Positions 1-13,302 of a stretch of 64,000 nt of DNA are shown in pieces (within the stretch, counting starts at the first letter, position 1; each line of letters opens with the position of its first letter). The translations under genes and the position numbers were made by a program. This DNA is from Anthoceros angustus. Taxonomy: Eukaryota > Plantae > Anthocerotophyta. The notes beneath the pieces are model-generated. The model was not told the DNA's origin. It saw nothing but the letters and a program-made list of their open reading frames with translations, and searched no databases. The DNA is taken from the NCBI GenBank assembly GCA_010909165.1, contig VJWM01000205.1:186001-250000 (forward strand). The letters run 5' to 3'.

Positions 1-3000
1 TCAATAGAAAGTGGTAGAGTTACGGGACACCACGATGGGCGAGGTGACGAAGTGGCCAGCATAGTCTGCCCAAGTGAGGGAGCCAAAGACAGACGAGATG
101 GGAGACTGGGACACGGGAGCCGTCACGGTGACCACAAACGACAGCTCCTGGTTCTGCTTGGTGAAGGAGAGTGTGGTGGGCGACACCACGACGGTAGTGC
201 CGTCAGGAACCACCAGCGAGCTCAGCCTGTAAACGGAACCGGGGGGCCCCACGTTGGTCACACGCCTGGTCACCGACACCTTGCCGGTGGCGGTGTCCTT
301 GCCCACCGGGAACATGACGGTGACGGACGGGTAGTTGAGGTCCCCGGGTTGCGGCACCAGCTCTGCCGAGGGGCAGGCGAATCGCCCCCCCGTCACCAGC
401 TCCACCTCGGTTGAATTGTAGCCGACGCTGCAGAGGAAGAGCGCGTAGTCCTCCTCCCCGCTGTCGTAAACCAGCCCCGGATCTGCCGCCGCGTTGGGGT
501 TGATCTGGCCCGACCCGTAGGCGAAGGCGTCTTCGCTGCCGGTGTCCAAGCTCCTGTCCAGCGGCGTGGCTGCGCAGCGTTGGCAACAGCGTCAGAAACA
601 TTGGCTCGCACACATCAAACTAAGTTTAGGGTTTAGGAGAGGAGTCGTGAATTGTGAATTGGGAATCGTGAATTTTGAGTAGTGATGCAAGGAAGGAAGC
701 TTGCCCGTGGTGATGAGCGCGGACTTGATGGCCGCCACGCTCCAGGTCGGATGGAGGGCCAACACCAGCGCTGCAGCTCCCGCGGCGTGGGGGCACGCCA
801 TGGAGGTTCCCGAGACGATATTGAAGTCGGAGAACACTGCATCGTAGGATCCGATGCCGTATTGGATGGGCACCTGTGGCGTCCAGGCTGCCAGGATGTC
901 CACTCCTGGTGCCGTTATGTCCGGCTGCCAAATCCATCATTACATCAGCAGAAGGCAGGAGCTGCTGCTCATCAAGGCTGCTACTTGAGGATGCCATCCA
1001 TGGCCAGTTGCCTTGAACATGCAACATGCGCGATTGAGCGTACTCACCTTAAGGACTTGAGGTGTGCCGAAGGAAGGACCGCGGGAAGAGAACCCTGCAA
1101 CCTGAGGCGCAGGCCTGTAGCTATCTTCGGTCGTCTTCAGGATCACCGCCGTCGGGTTTCTGCATGTGCAAGGTGTGCATGGGGGGGCAATGAGGTGCAC
1201 GTCGAGAAACTACTCCAAGGAAGAACTGGACGAAAATACTCTACCCGGTGGAATTGATGTAGGAGGAGATGAGCCGAGCTTCGTCGCTGGTCACACAACT
1301 TGCGGGATACGGGAAAGAAATTGCGACTCCCTCAGCAACATCAAGGGAAGTGTCTCCAAGGATCACTCCTGCAGCACCACCAAGAGCCACAACATCGAGA
1401 CTGTACCAAGAGAAGTTGGGGCAGAAGACAATTTTGTCCTTCACTTTCTCAGGGTCAAGACTCCCATACGCGCAGGTTCTGCCATTCATGATCCACCACA
1501 CAACGTGTATATCGTGTGAGGGCTTTGTGATGGAACGTTTGAAATCTTGCAACCGAGAGCAACAGGTTCTCGATCAATATCGCATGTACCGTGAAACTTC
1601 GACGTTCACATCGTCGAAACCGGCGCTTCTTCCACTCACTAGCGGGTATGACATTTTGTTCGGATTGACGACGTTGATGCTGACGCCCTGCAGACACATT
1701 CACAAATCAAAGATCACGAGCCGCTGATACTCGCTCAGATTTGCCTGCAGCTAGAGCAGATGAGGTTTTAAGATTGACAGATAGACCACCTTCACCACGG
1801 AGCCATCTCCAAGATGGACTGCGGTAACAAAGTCTCGCTTGATGGTGCTGGCAGCAACAGTGAGGAGCCAAGGCGCGGTGTTCGACGCCGATACAGGGTA
1901 GGGGCCGGCATTTCCAGCAGAAGTGGACACCAAAATGTTTCTGGTTAGGGCATGGAAAGATCCGATCGCGATTGAGTCCGTCAAGAAGTTTTTGTATGGG
2001 TCGCCTCCTATCGATACTGAAAGTACGTCCACCTGGTCCGCCACAGCCTCATCGAATCCTGCCAAGATGTCAGCGTCATAGCAACGACCTGAGAAACAAA
2101 CTCTGTACATTGCGACGTGGGCATATGGAGCTCCTCCCACCGCAGTTCCTGCACCAAATTGAATGCGCCATTGCAATCAGGTGGGGAAGGAAATATGATT
2201 CCAGTATGCTTAAACCTGAAGCGAATGCGGATTACAGCGGAGTGTGCACTGCCCTTTGATACAGTCACCTTGTGCGACGCCGTGAAGACTGGCATTGGCC
2301 ACGGGGCTGCCTGCTGCAGTGGAGGCGGTGTGGGTACCATGCCCGTCCGCATCTCGAGGTGACATCACTAGTTCTGAAGCCTGAGAGTTGTCGCCTCCGT
2401 TTGCCCCCACTTGATAAGCCGTTAAGAATACCTTGGCTCCAATCAGCTTTCTGCACACCCAGCGTCGCCGGCACACTCCCATCGTCAGCATTGGTGACCT
2501 CAGCAGTCTGAGACAGTTGGATGGCTAGAGATAATACACTTCTATTCGGGGTGTGTCGCTTACTTGTTGCAACTGGAAGCAGGGAAGTCGTCCGAAGATT
2601 GACAGCTGCCTTTCCATTTGGCTGGGATGGGTCCAAGGGGCACGCTCTTGTCACTGAAGCTTGCAGACTCAGGCCAAATTCCTGCAGGCAACCACTTTGT
2701 CAATGGAGCCTTCCCGACAGCATGACACACATCCATGTGACAACACATGGTTGAAGTGGTGCAGAGTGCTTAAAAGTTCCAGGATTGAAGCACATGCCAG
2801 TATCAAGAAGTCCGATGGTGACTCCATCACCATATCTTGATGCCGGCCACAGGCCTGAATATGGGTTGAGCCCCAAATACTTCCAGCTCTTGGTGGTAGC
2901 CACTTGTCGGATCCCACTTTCGAACACCGAAGCCACGTCGGGGTGATCTGGCCACAAACGTTTGACATAGAGCTTAAGCTTGATTGCCTGATGCTTCAAG

Positions 3001-3601
3001 AGCAATGTGAGACAGGTAAATGCTCCTACATCTGCATATGTACTAGTACTCAATGTCGAGAGGAACGTACTCTTGAGGACAGCCGCCTGTTGCTCGGATA
3101 GTGTGGCAGCAAACCCACTGAAAGACTTCACGTAGTGGTACACAACAGACTGTCGGACTGCAGCCGTGCTGCTCGAGCGTATGCAAGTTAGCTTCGCTCA
3201 GCTGGTGACAGTTCGATCAGGATAAACACATGAACAGGGAAACGGGAAACCGCAACCATATAAGCTACCTTGGCAAGACAGTTTGCAAAATTGACCGGTG
3301 ATGTGCAACTGTAACTTCATGAGCACCACCATGGATGGTGGCGCCAAGATAAACAATGTATATCTGCAAACGGGACAAAGTTTCTTCAACTTTTACAAAA
3401 GTTTGGGCTCTTCAATCTTCTTCGAAGGGCTCGAAGCTTTTGTGCAGTAGTCTCTACCTTTGCTGCGGGCTTCGCCCCTTGAGTGGCCAACTTCGGACCG
3501 TGAATATGAATGCTAGCAGAAGCAAGAGAAGCCATGGCCAACAGCAACAAGCCCAGAGACAAAGCCGTCAGACTGAGTCTCCACATCATTTTCGACGCCA
3601 T
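1..3601 (-). CDS. Subtilisin-like serine protease (plant SBT, S8A), ~12 exons: signal peptide, I9 prodomain, peptidase, PA and Fn3-like C-terminal domains
   Basis: Exon translations give a signal peptide ([25 protein letters not shown]), I9 motifs ([20 protein letters not shown]), catalytic Asp (IGLLDTG|IWPES), His ([15 protein letters not shown]), oxyanion Asn (SAGNAGP) and Ser ([12 protein letters not shown]), plus DPGLVYD, LNYPS and RVTNVG. Stop TGA at 1-3. Confidence 0.96.
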
Positions 3602-4790
3602 TGTCTGCATGCCATGAACCAATTGCTCTGTCAGAAGTTGGTGAAACAACCTTTGCATGATGAGTAGCTTGTAGCAGTTTCAGATATGCTGTCTCTGCAG
3701 CTAGGCTCGTATAGACCTACCTGCGGACTTAAGACTTGGGAGTTTTTGCTTCCTCCGACTAGGCAAGATGTGAGAACTTGGCCGGTGATAGGTATTGATC
3801 TGTGGCCCTAGTGAGGCCAATCTTAAAGCACAGCCAGGGAGACATTAAGACGTGAAGATCGATGCTCCTGTAGCTCATGCGGACATCAAGAAACATGCCT
3901 CGGCGGTACAAGATCCTACAAAGATTTCCAGATCCCATATGCAGCCACAAAGATTAGCCAGAGACAAGGACAAATAGAAGCTTCGGAGATGTATGTCCCT
4001 GCTGAAATTCATGGGCATTCCGCATGTCTGGAGGTACATGAAGTTGGATTTCAGAGGTACATACATACTAGTGTAGTAATGATCATGAAGATCAGGAATG
4101 TCGGCAAGCTGTGTCTGCTGTACAGCCGCTTTGCAGGTTCCACAACACGTTTCGTCCTGGATTCTAACGATCTGGTGGCGTGTGGTTAATATCCTGCCGC
4201 ACCTTTTGGAAGTGCGTCGTTTCAATGTGTCACACCTATGGCCACGCGGTGTTTGTCACCTTCCGCCATCTCAAACGAATAGCGCTGCCTGGTAGACTTT
4301 TGTCACGCCGACTCTGTCCTCACACGAAGCTTCATCCCGACAGGTGCTATGCAAGACTCGTGCGTGGTCTCATGAGTTGTCTTTCACGGGGTAGCTTTTG
4401 CATCACGATGCTTGCTAAGTTGGTGTCTCAACTTAGCAAGCATCACTCCATGACACGCGAGGTGTCGAGGATCAAATGACGCCATTCAATCTTTGAAGCC
4501 ATTCGTAGACCAATTATTAGAACAGGACACTGGAATGCTGCCAATCGATAGATACGCCGGAAGAGAGAATCCCTTCGATGTCACGGTGCTCTTAGCCCCT
4601 TACCAGTTGTTGCGGGCAAGAACTTCCAAGTTTATCACGAAATTCCAGGTCTGCTAAAATTCCAGTCGAAGAGTTCAACGAAAGAAACCACTCTGAAAGG
4701 TTTCCCAGTCACACGTTTCAAATGTCTCACAAAGCATATTACCGATGAAGTTTCTTATTAGCCTTGTTCGTTCACCATCAGCCGCCTCTA

Positions 4791-4928
4791 TCGCAGCCTC
4801 CACAAGCACTCTATCGCAGCCTTCACAAGCACTCTGTCGCAGCCTCCACAAGCACTCTGTCGCAGCCTCCACAAGCACTCTATCGCAGCCTCCACCAGCA
4901 CTCTTTCGCAGCCTCCACAAGCACTCTA
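4791..4928. repeat. 23-bp minisatellite, 6 copies (TCGCAGCCTCCACAAGCACTCTA)
   Basis: Directly visible tandem units with single-base variants. Confidence 0.95.
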
Positions 4929-5336
4929 CCCATTGCCCCTAACCGTCGCAGACGAATTTTCGAGGATCCAATGACAGCACTCATCTTTCCAGCCTGTCAT
5001 AGACCACACAATAGAATAATGCCGCTGGATTCATAACAGAGACAGAATCCCTTTTCTAAAAGGATCCTTTTCCAGATTTTTATGACAGAACTACGAAGTT
5101 CGTCCCGAAACTCCAGTCTGCTTCACTTTTCAATCAACGTGTTTCATTGCCAACTATGGACATACCCGAAGTCTAGAGTAAATAAAGGGGGAGAAATTGA
5201 GTACATTGTACACGATAATATGGTACAAGACGAAATACTGCTTCCTTAAAGCGAGTATGTCCATCAACATATTTTGAGTAGCAAGAATCGTCTCGGCAAG
5301 CACTCAGGTTAGCAATTAGAATTAGCGCACACTATC

Positions 5337-7239
5337 TTAAAAATCTTCGTCTACTCTGAACACATGATTCGTAGCTCCATTCAGACCATTCATTACAGAA
5401 GCCTTTTGATAGTCCCCTACCCGCTTCTCAAAAAAGTTTGTCTTTCCCCTGCACATCGCAGGAGACACAACGTAAGAACCGATGAGATGCACACCAGTCC
5501 ACGCAATCAGCAAGAACTGAGGGATCACATACTGCAGAGAAATCAGCTCCATCCAATCGAAGGGATTCACAGTTTCGTAATACTTCTTATACCCGAGGGC
5601 GACCTGCACATGAAGCACAATAATTCGGTATTAGGACAGTACTGAACGTACCCCACATGTTTTGCTCCAAGGGCACACACAATACACTACTTACAAATAA
5701 TCTGTCCGCCACAAACTCGATGTACTCGCCCATTAGTTTCTTATTCATTCCCACCAAGTCACAGGACAGTGCTTCACAAACAAACTCCTGTTCTATTTCG
5801 ACTGCATCTTTAACAATCTCTTGTACCCTTTCTTCTGACAGTTTGTTATTCAACAACCTGCAAGTACCAAATTGACAGGATCAGCTGCGGACCTTAAAAA
5901 ACCTGCCTGAGAGGCTATACGTATTGACAATGCTCTGATACTGGATGTCATGCTCACGAGTACAGAAGGCAGGCAAAGTCACAATGCAATCCCTCATCTC
6001 GGGAGATGAGCTCATTGGAGAAAGTCAATCCTGGCATTAGCCCTCGTTTCTTCAGCCAGAAGATTGAACAGAAACTGCAGAACAACACCATAGTCAGGCC
6101 TCTCTAAGATGTCCACCAGGAGCATCAAATCTCATTCGAATGGAGGCAAACTCACCTTCCAGAGAAAAAGATACCCTCCACACATGCGAAGGCCACAATC
6201 CGCTCAGCAAATGACTCGGTGCTGCACAATTAAAATCTGTGAGGAGCGGTTTCAGAAGAAGATTTGAAATAGCATCACCAAATTTTAACAGAGGCAAATC
6301 AACCAACCTTTCAATCCACTTTTTAGCCCAATTGCCTTTCTTAGCTACGCACGGGATTGTGTGTATGGCATTGAACAATCGTGCCTTCTCTTTCTGGTCC
6401 TTGATGTACGTCTCGAGTAGTAAACTGTACATTTCTGCACAATTTTTGGGATGTTTAGTACGCCAGCAGATTAGCAGCCAGAACAGCTGACGAAGTGTAA
6501 GCTTGAGTTTGACCCACATACCTGAATGAATGTTCTCAATGGCGATCTGAAACCCATAGAAAGCTCTTGCCTGGAACAAGCATCATCAACCATTGTGCAT
6601 CCGTCAAATCAGCTGAGAAATTGAAGCGCAGTTATCACACATATCCCTGAAATGCGTTGGAGGGGCTGACAGATGCACAAAAGTGTAACACTCGGGCAGA
6701 GCAGCTCACCTCAGGCACTTGGATTTCTTTCATGAACCGAACGCCCAAATTTTCTAAAACTATCCCATCAGAACCAGCGAAGAAAGCCAAAACATGGCTG
6801 ACAAAATGCTTCTCTTTGCTGCTCAGACTCTCCCAATGCTGGTAATCCTGCGAGAGGTCCACTTCTTCGGCTGCGCATACCGTGTGACACGTGTGTTAGA
6901 AACCCTACGAGATAGGCTGCCTACAAACCGGCGCCGCAAAAAATTCAGCCACATTCACAACATCATGATACACCGACCAGGCGACGAATTCAGCAGAAAC
7001 TCGCCATCATACTAAGTTCACCTCTTAGACCTTCATACCATGCTAAAATAGAATTAGGGCGGCCGCAGCCGCCAGGCCAGACAAATGAAGAAAAAAGGAG
7101 TAGGACATTCACCGGTCCAGAAGCTGGCCTCTGCCTTCTTGTACATCTCCCACACCGTAGGGTAGGTTATGGGGAACATACAGAAGCGGTTCGGGTTCTC
7201 CTCCAGCAAAGGCTCACCCATTATGGGCGCTCCACCCAT
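5337..7239 (-). CDS. RNR2: Ribonucleoside-diphosphate reductase small subunit (R2), ~9 exons
   Basis: [26 protein letters not shown]|[82 protein letters not shown] and C-terminal VDEDF*. GT-AG introns join the pieces. Confidence 0.97.
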
Positions 7240-8517
7240 CCTGCCTTGCAACGAGCTGCGCGCCCCAACAGAGGGAAACACGCACGCTCAGCTTTTTCCT
7301 CGCCAGTCCTCTCCTCCGCGCGGGGGCTGCTACAGCTGGCGACAGATGTGCGCGACTGAACTTTCAGCACTGGAGGTTAGGAGCTCTTAGGCACCTATGA
7401 AGGCCAAGGAGAGAGGGAAACAGGAAAGCGCGGAAGATTTTGGAATTCAAATCAAATGCGCAAGAAACCTCCTGCTCGCCTCGCCCGCTTGTGCAGCACG
7501 CACCAGGCATGAGCACCGATGTGAAAACGGAGCCATAACCCCTTTCACACGCGCATGAGTCACCTGGGCACTGTGCGGCTGGACTCCCTACCACAGGCCG
7601 CCTCACATTCGCCTCGTGCCGTCGGATGTGAATCGTGACGTCTGCCCTGGTGGCGCCGGTTCATCTGCTGACGAGGCACGGTCCGATGGACGGGCTCCGG
7701 AGCTCCACGTTGCGATGTCATTTTCAGACATGTGGAGTGGCACGACGCCCTATCATGCCCGCCGAGCCGCCGTCCCCGACATCACGATTCTTTTTTGGAC
7801 ATGCAAGCTTCATGACTTAAGACACTTGAACATTCCAGATTTCATCAAACGTTTTCATCGCACGACTTCATAGTAAGAAAGGGAAAAAAAACTCATTCAG
7901 AGCTTACAGTGTCAAAACTTTCTCAGACCGCTTGGGTCAAGGACGAGTGTCCATGTGCAGATGCACCCAGGTATCCAGTTCACAGGCCTAGACTAGCTCC
8001 TTCCTCCTTCATACACTGTACCTACCATTTTATTACTACTACCAGCACCTTTGTCAACTACGAAAGCACTTGACCAAAAGATGTCGCCTGTCGTCTTTCT
8101 GTTCGCCAACAAAGTTTGAGTGCTTGATTTACGAGAGCTCCAGCGTCCCCCAGCGAAATGCTGCAAATCTTGTTCGGCAGCCGTCAAAAGGGCTGCATAG
8201 CAGCAAGGAGGAAACAAAAGTGGGAGTCAGAACACGACTGAGACATAGGAAAGTCATGGAAGACAAACATACCCAGCCACTAGAGGTTGAAAGAAGACAA
8301 ACCTGTCCGAAACAAGTTGCAAGGCGCCAAAGTCCTAGTCCTCTGCACACCAAACATTTAAACCTAGGAGTTCAAGTGGTGGATAGCATATACCAAGATG
8401 TGGTGGAAGGAGGGAGTACAAAAGCGTCGGTAGCCTCACAAAAGAAGGCAACAGGGGATATGCCATGGAAGATGTAGCTTGATTGTGCCATCCATCAGCG
8501 CAAGGAGATGGTAGACA

Positions 8518-9329
8518 CTACTCTATTCTGAAACGGCTCTTCCTGCCTGGCCGCCTGGGCTTATCACCGTCCTCGCACTTCCAGCTTACCCTGCCCCTTC
8601 TGGCAACGGGCTTATCATCCAGCCTGACATCGTCGTTGCGCTTGTCCACCACTCGCTCCACTCTGGTGAGCCGGGTGACCTCTATGCCCTTCCCAATGGG
8701 AAGAGTAATGGATCTGGCACCGGGCTGCTTCTTCACAATCTTCCCGTACGCAGCTGTCGCCTTCCGATCAAACAGGTTGTCAGCCACAACCACGGCTCGC
8801 GCGGGGTTGAGCCTGAGAAGGTTGAAGTAATGCACGTAGTCCGCCTCCTTGCAATCGATGAGCGCAAAGTCCACATCCTGATACTGCAGGATGATGTCCC
8901 CTGCCTCCCCGACGGTGAACTCCACGTACGCTGCCAAACCGAGCTCCTTCATCGCCACCATGGCGTCCAGCAGTGAATCAGGTTGAGACAGCACGCAGAC
9001 GAGCCTGCCTCCGATTTGCTTGGCTGCCGCGGCCAAGGCGATTGTTGTCTGCGAAGCGGTCCCGCACACTTCCAGAATGAGCTTGGCATTCATTCCGGCT
9101 GCCAAGGCCGAAATGAACTCCGTGCTCTGCGGCTCCGCGTGCCTAGTTGATGTGTGGCGCCGCTCATGATCAAGATTACACTGCAAGACACAGTAAAAAC
9201 ACAATTCCTCCCAATTCTCAAACGCATGCATCCACATTGCAGCAAACAAACTTGCAAGAAACCACTCCCACTCACCAGCTTGATGGTGTCCAGGTAAGCA
9301 CTAGTGGCGCTATCAGGAGACCATCCCAT
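8518..9329 (-). CDS. DUF1442 family (SAM-methyltransferase-like fold) plant protein, 2 exons (~9329-9276, 9180-8518)
   Basis: MGWSPDSATSAYLDTIKL|CN..., EFISALAAGMNAKLILEV, TIALAAAAKQIGGRLVCV, VDFALIDCK and LPIGKGIEVT match the DUF1442 family signature. Confidence 0.88.
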
Positions 9330-10374
9330 TGTGACAAGCTCTAGCCTCCGTTCGCAACACTCACGTCCCGCCTGAGTCGAAGGCCTCGGAGGCAGAGCAC
9401 GTCGCCAAAAGCGGCTCCGGGGGGGAAAGGAAGGGAAGCTGGAGACGCTATGCTACCTAGCTTCATACGTTCCCGAGGGCCTCGCTTGAGGCCTCAAGAA
9501 CCTCGGAACCCCAGGCCCCGAAGGGCAGGAGCAACGGCAGGGGAGAGGCAGCAGGAGCAGGGGCAGGAGCAGGAGCAGCAGCAGCAGCCACAGCAGCAAC
9601 AAGATGAGCGCGCGCAGCCACAACGACGGCTTCTTCCACGCACCACCTCAAGCATCAACTTTCCTCCCACACCATCACACCCTCTGGATCCGCACGCAGC
9701 CGGCACTACATAAATGCCCGGGGGCAGGACGGTCATGCATGCACAGGCGCGTCGCAGCAGAAAGCCGGACGTACAGGCGCAGGGAGGAGGGCCGAGGCAG
9801 CCGGCGTGGCGAGCAAGGAAGCGTGCAGAAGCCAATGGAAGGCAGGCGGGAAGGCAGCGGGTCTGGGAAGGCACGAACGCTCCTGTCCTCCCTGACTGAG
9901 ACCCATAAGAGGGCCAGCAACATGTGTGTCCAAAGCGGGTGTCGGGCAGCTTTCCCCTCTCTCCCGCCTGGCGTGCCAGATCTGTGAAGGAAAACAGGAA
10001 AAGCAAAACGCACGAGGAGAGCGGAGCAAGCAGGAGGCGGCAGGCAGGGGAGGCGTAACCGGCCCGGTTCACCCGGTTATCACTTCACAAAGCCTAATTG
10101 CGCGCGGCCCGGCCCGGCCCGGCGTCCTGCCCGGTTCCGCCCCCTAACTCAATCATTTCATAACGCTCCCGTTAGGCGTTAGGCGATTGGCCGGGCGTGG
10201 ACGGATCCGCGGTTGTCGCCCGTCCCGCCCGTCTCCAGTTGACAGGTTGACAGCCACCGCCACGGCAAGCTGGCGTGTGAGAGTGGGTGTCCTCCCGCAC
10301 CCATATTTCCGGAAGCTGTAACGGAACCAGCCCCGCGTGCACCCGGACCCGTTGCTGTGTAACAGGCGCTGACG

Positions 10375-10708
10375 CGGAGTCGGGAGTCGGGAGTCGGGAG
10401 TCGGGAGTCGGAGTCGGGAGTCGGAGTCGGGAGTCGGGAGTCGGGAGTCGGGAGTCGGAGTCGGGAGTCGGGAGTCGGAGTCGGGAGTCGGGAGTCGGGA
10501 GTCGGAGTCGGGAGTCGGGAGTCGGGAGTCGGGAGTCGGGAGTCAGGAGTCAGGAGTCGGGAGTCGGGAGTCGGGAGTCGGGAGTCGGGAGTCGGGAGTC
10601 GGGAGTCAGGAGTCGGGAGTCGGGAGTCGGGAGTCGGGAGTCAGGAGTCGGGAGTCGGGAGTCGGGAGTCGGGAGTCGGGAGTCGGGAGTCGGGAGTCGG
10701 GAGTCGGG
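10375..10708. repeat. (GGGAGTC)n heptamer satellite, ~330 bp
   Basis: Near-pure tandem GGGAGTC with occasional GGAGTC/AGGAGTC variants. Confidence 0.97.
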
Positions 10709-10890
10709 ACAGGCAACACAGCTCTGCTTTTGCGATTTTGGAATCGGATCGCTGCTTTGCGTTATCTTCTGGGACGGCAGTATGAAGCGGTCCCGGGGAA
10801 CAGGCAACACAGCTCTGCTTTTGCAATATTGGGATCGGATCGCTGCTTTGCGTGATCTTTTGGGACGGTAGTATGAAGCGGTCCCGGGGA
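10705..10890. repeat. Two-copy ~92-bp direct repeat adjoining the heptamer satellite
   Basis: ACAGGCAACACAGCTCTGCTTTTGC...GTATGAAGCGGTCCCGGGG occurs twice in tandem. Confidence 0.9.
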
Positions 10891-11543
10891 CCCAGACTCT
10901 GGACACAATATAGTTGGCGCGTTTTTTTAATCGGATACAGCGCTCTGGAGCCCAGACTCCCACAGTGGGATGCAGTCTGCCGCCTGTGGCCCAACAAAAG
11001 CAGGCCAAGTGCAATTTTGTAAAATATGTGCGTCATTCATGGTTGTGGCCACTGGGCAAAGTACAAGGGCCAAGTACCGGGCCGTAGCAAAGGCATAGGC
11101 TTCCGTGACACAAGTCCGGATGCGGATGCTATTTCTGGTGTCTGCTTATTTTTAGGCGCGGTATCAGATACTCGCATCCTGTATATAGATAGCATTGCCC
11201 ACTAGCGCCGGCCTGACGTCCACCTACCTTTCAAGTACGGCAAATTTCAAAGACCGATCAATCACGGCCAACTTGGTGCAGTTGCAGTATAATGTATGGC
11301 TATTGGCCATGAAAACAAAACTATTTTCATTTTTTTCAAGGAAATATCAAGTGATGGAACCCGCCAAGGAGCACTTGTCTCAATACCAATCACTTCACTT
11401 GTTAAGCTACTTACAAACTATGGGATAGCCTTGGCCTTTCGAAATATCGAATTGGAGCAATAATGCTTACTCAAAAAGAAATGAAGAGACCTTTGATAAT
11501 ATTATGAAAGAACCAACAAACTCTCAAAGCTTTTGTACCTCAA

Positions 11544-11652
11544 TCCTTGCAAAAGCTTAGGGCCAAGTTGTAAGAAGGTCCTTGCAAAAACTTAGGGCCA
11601 AGTTGTAAGAAGGTCCTCGCAAAAGATTAGGGCCAAGTTGTAAGAAGGTCCT
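11544..11652. repeat. 35-bp tandem repeat, 3 copies
   Basis: TCCTTGCAAAAGCTTAGGGCCAAGTTGTAAGAAGG at 11544, 11579 and 11614. Confidence 0.92.
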
Positions 11653-11854
11653 CCGAATCATTGCTCACAGGACTTGCTTTGTTCTCCAAAGCTTTGTGGA
11701 TAGCATGTGGACTAATTTGCTTGCTTTTATAGGCCTGCACATACTAAAATAACTTTCCAATTAAGGTACCAGAATATGTCTTTTACATATTCCAATGACC
11801 ATTCATAAGAAGAGTTTTTTATAGCCCACTTGGACGGAATTTTTCCAGCCATGA

Positions 11855-12072
11855 TAACTTGTACCATGGCAAGTTGTCTTAACAACTTGTACCATGGCGT
11901 GCCTAAGCTACTTGCACCTGCGACTTGGTGCGACTTGGTACTTAACAACTTGTACTATGGTGTGCCTAAGCTACTTGCACCAAGGGCATCCATTCTTGCT
12001 ACTTGAGCATCCATTCCTATGACTTGGTACTTAACAACTTGTACCATGGTGTGCTTAAACTACTTGCACCAA
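11855..12072. repeat. Degenerate repeats of CTTAACAACTTGTACCATGG...CTACTTGCACC
   Basis: 3-4 imperfect copies visible. Confidence 0.8.
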
Positions 12073-13302
12073 AGGCAGCCACTCCCCGCTCTAGGTGCTC
12101 CTTCCAACACACCACACGATGTATATAATCTATTGTTTGTCAAACAGTGCCATGGGCCGAGCATTCACGAGTGTGGGGCCTCGACCATCCTTCAGTACAT
12201 CGGACCATTTCAGATAAGATCACGAGCCTGTCCAAGAAACGGCAGCCCATGTCCTTCGTTTCTTGCCCCGCAACTAATATTACCTAATAAAAGAAATGCA
12301 ACTGCCCTATAAATAAAGATTTTTATATTAAAATATTTTTCCAGATGGATTGGGAGTACAGCCATTTACGGGTGTACACGAAGAAGCCCGTGGGAATAGG
12401 AAGGCTTTCCAGTACAATGGCATATCATTCGACGTTTGATACTCGCCCGTGTCGCTGGAGACTCTTAGCGTGTTGCTTCGGATGTCAGCCACATTCACTA
12501 TGTGCAGTTTGTAACTACCTCACGTCGAACAGACGTGCAAAACAAACGTTTGCACACATTACAGATTGTATGCTCACCTGCGTTCTCATCTACCTGCAAC
12601 TTGAGTCAGCAAAACATTCCCGGTATAATTCCGCATCCCTCAGCAGAATTCCGTCCTTATCGGCAAGAAACGATGGATGGATGATGCGCAGGTCGATTCG
12701 AGATGAAAGAACATCATGTGACACTTTGTGACAGGATTTCCAGTGCTCCTATTTGCCTTCACTAGAATTAGCCACCTCCAAATGTGTCTCTACCCTGTCC
12801 CTTACTGGTCACTGTCGCCTCTGATTGAAGAGGCAATGAGCTGTCCTTTCTTCTCTCATCCCCTGTCCTGTGATTCCATCTGCCGTGAAGACTGTCGCTT
12901 CTGGCCAGCATTGTGATTAGGTTAGCATGTAACTGACTCTGTCACGAAGTTGAACAGCTGAAATTGTTATCGGCCAGGGAAAGGATGTCACATAGCCGCA
13001 CGGTGCTCCACTAACAAGGGAGGCAGCATGTTTAGGCTTGTTTCGCAACACCTTCAAAGGCAAACATGCACAGTAAGCTTCGTTTGTGAAGATGCCCCCG
13101 GCTTGAGAGCTTGAGCGGCGACAGGAGTCTGAAGGGCAACGCTATGAGTTTTTTCAAAAAATTGAAGGGCCGGAAGGATCTGGAGGACGCGAATCATGAA
13201 AACATGAGACCCAGGTCCAAGTGATGGCCATGTCTGGATGTTCATGCCAGTGGTAACAGATGCCCTGACTGGCAGCGGGATGCGTGCAGGAGGACGGCTG
13301 CT

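Noticed and set aside
625-637. TTTAGGGTTTAGG as interstitial telomere
   Set aside because: Under two units, inside an intron; chance or telo-box level only
4791-4928. Tandem repeats here and at 44093-44261 and 51232-51475 as CRISPR arrays
   Set aside because: Head-to-tail units with no unique spacers, no cas genes, and a eukaryotic context
10287-11036. ORFs rich in SRESGVG / PTPDSRL
   Set aside because: Translation artefacts of the GGGAGTC satellite
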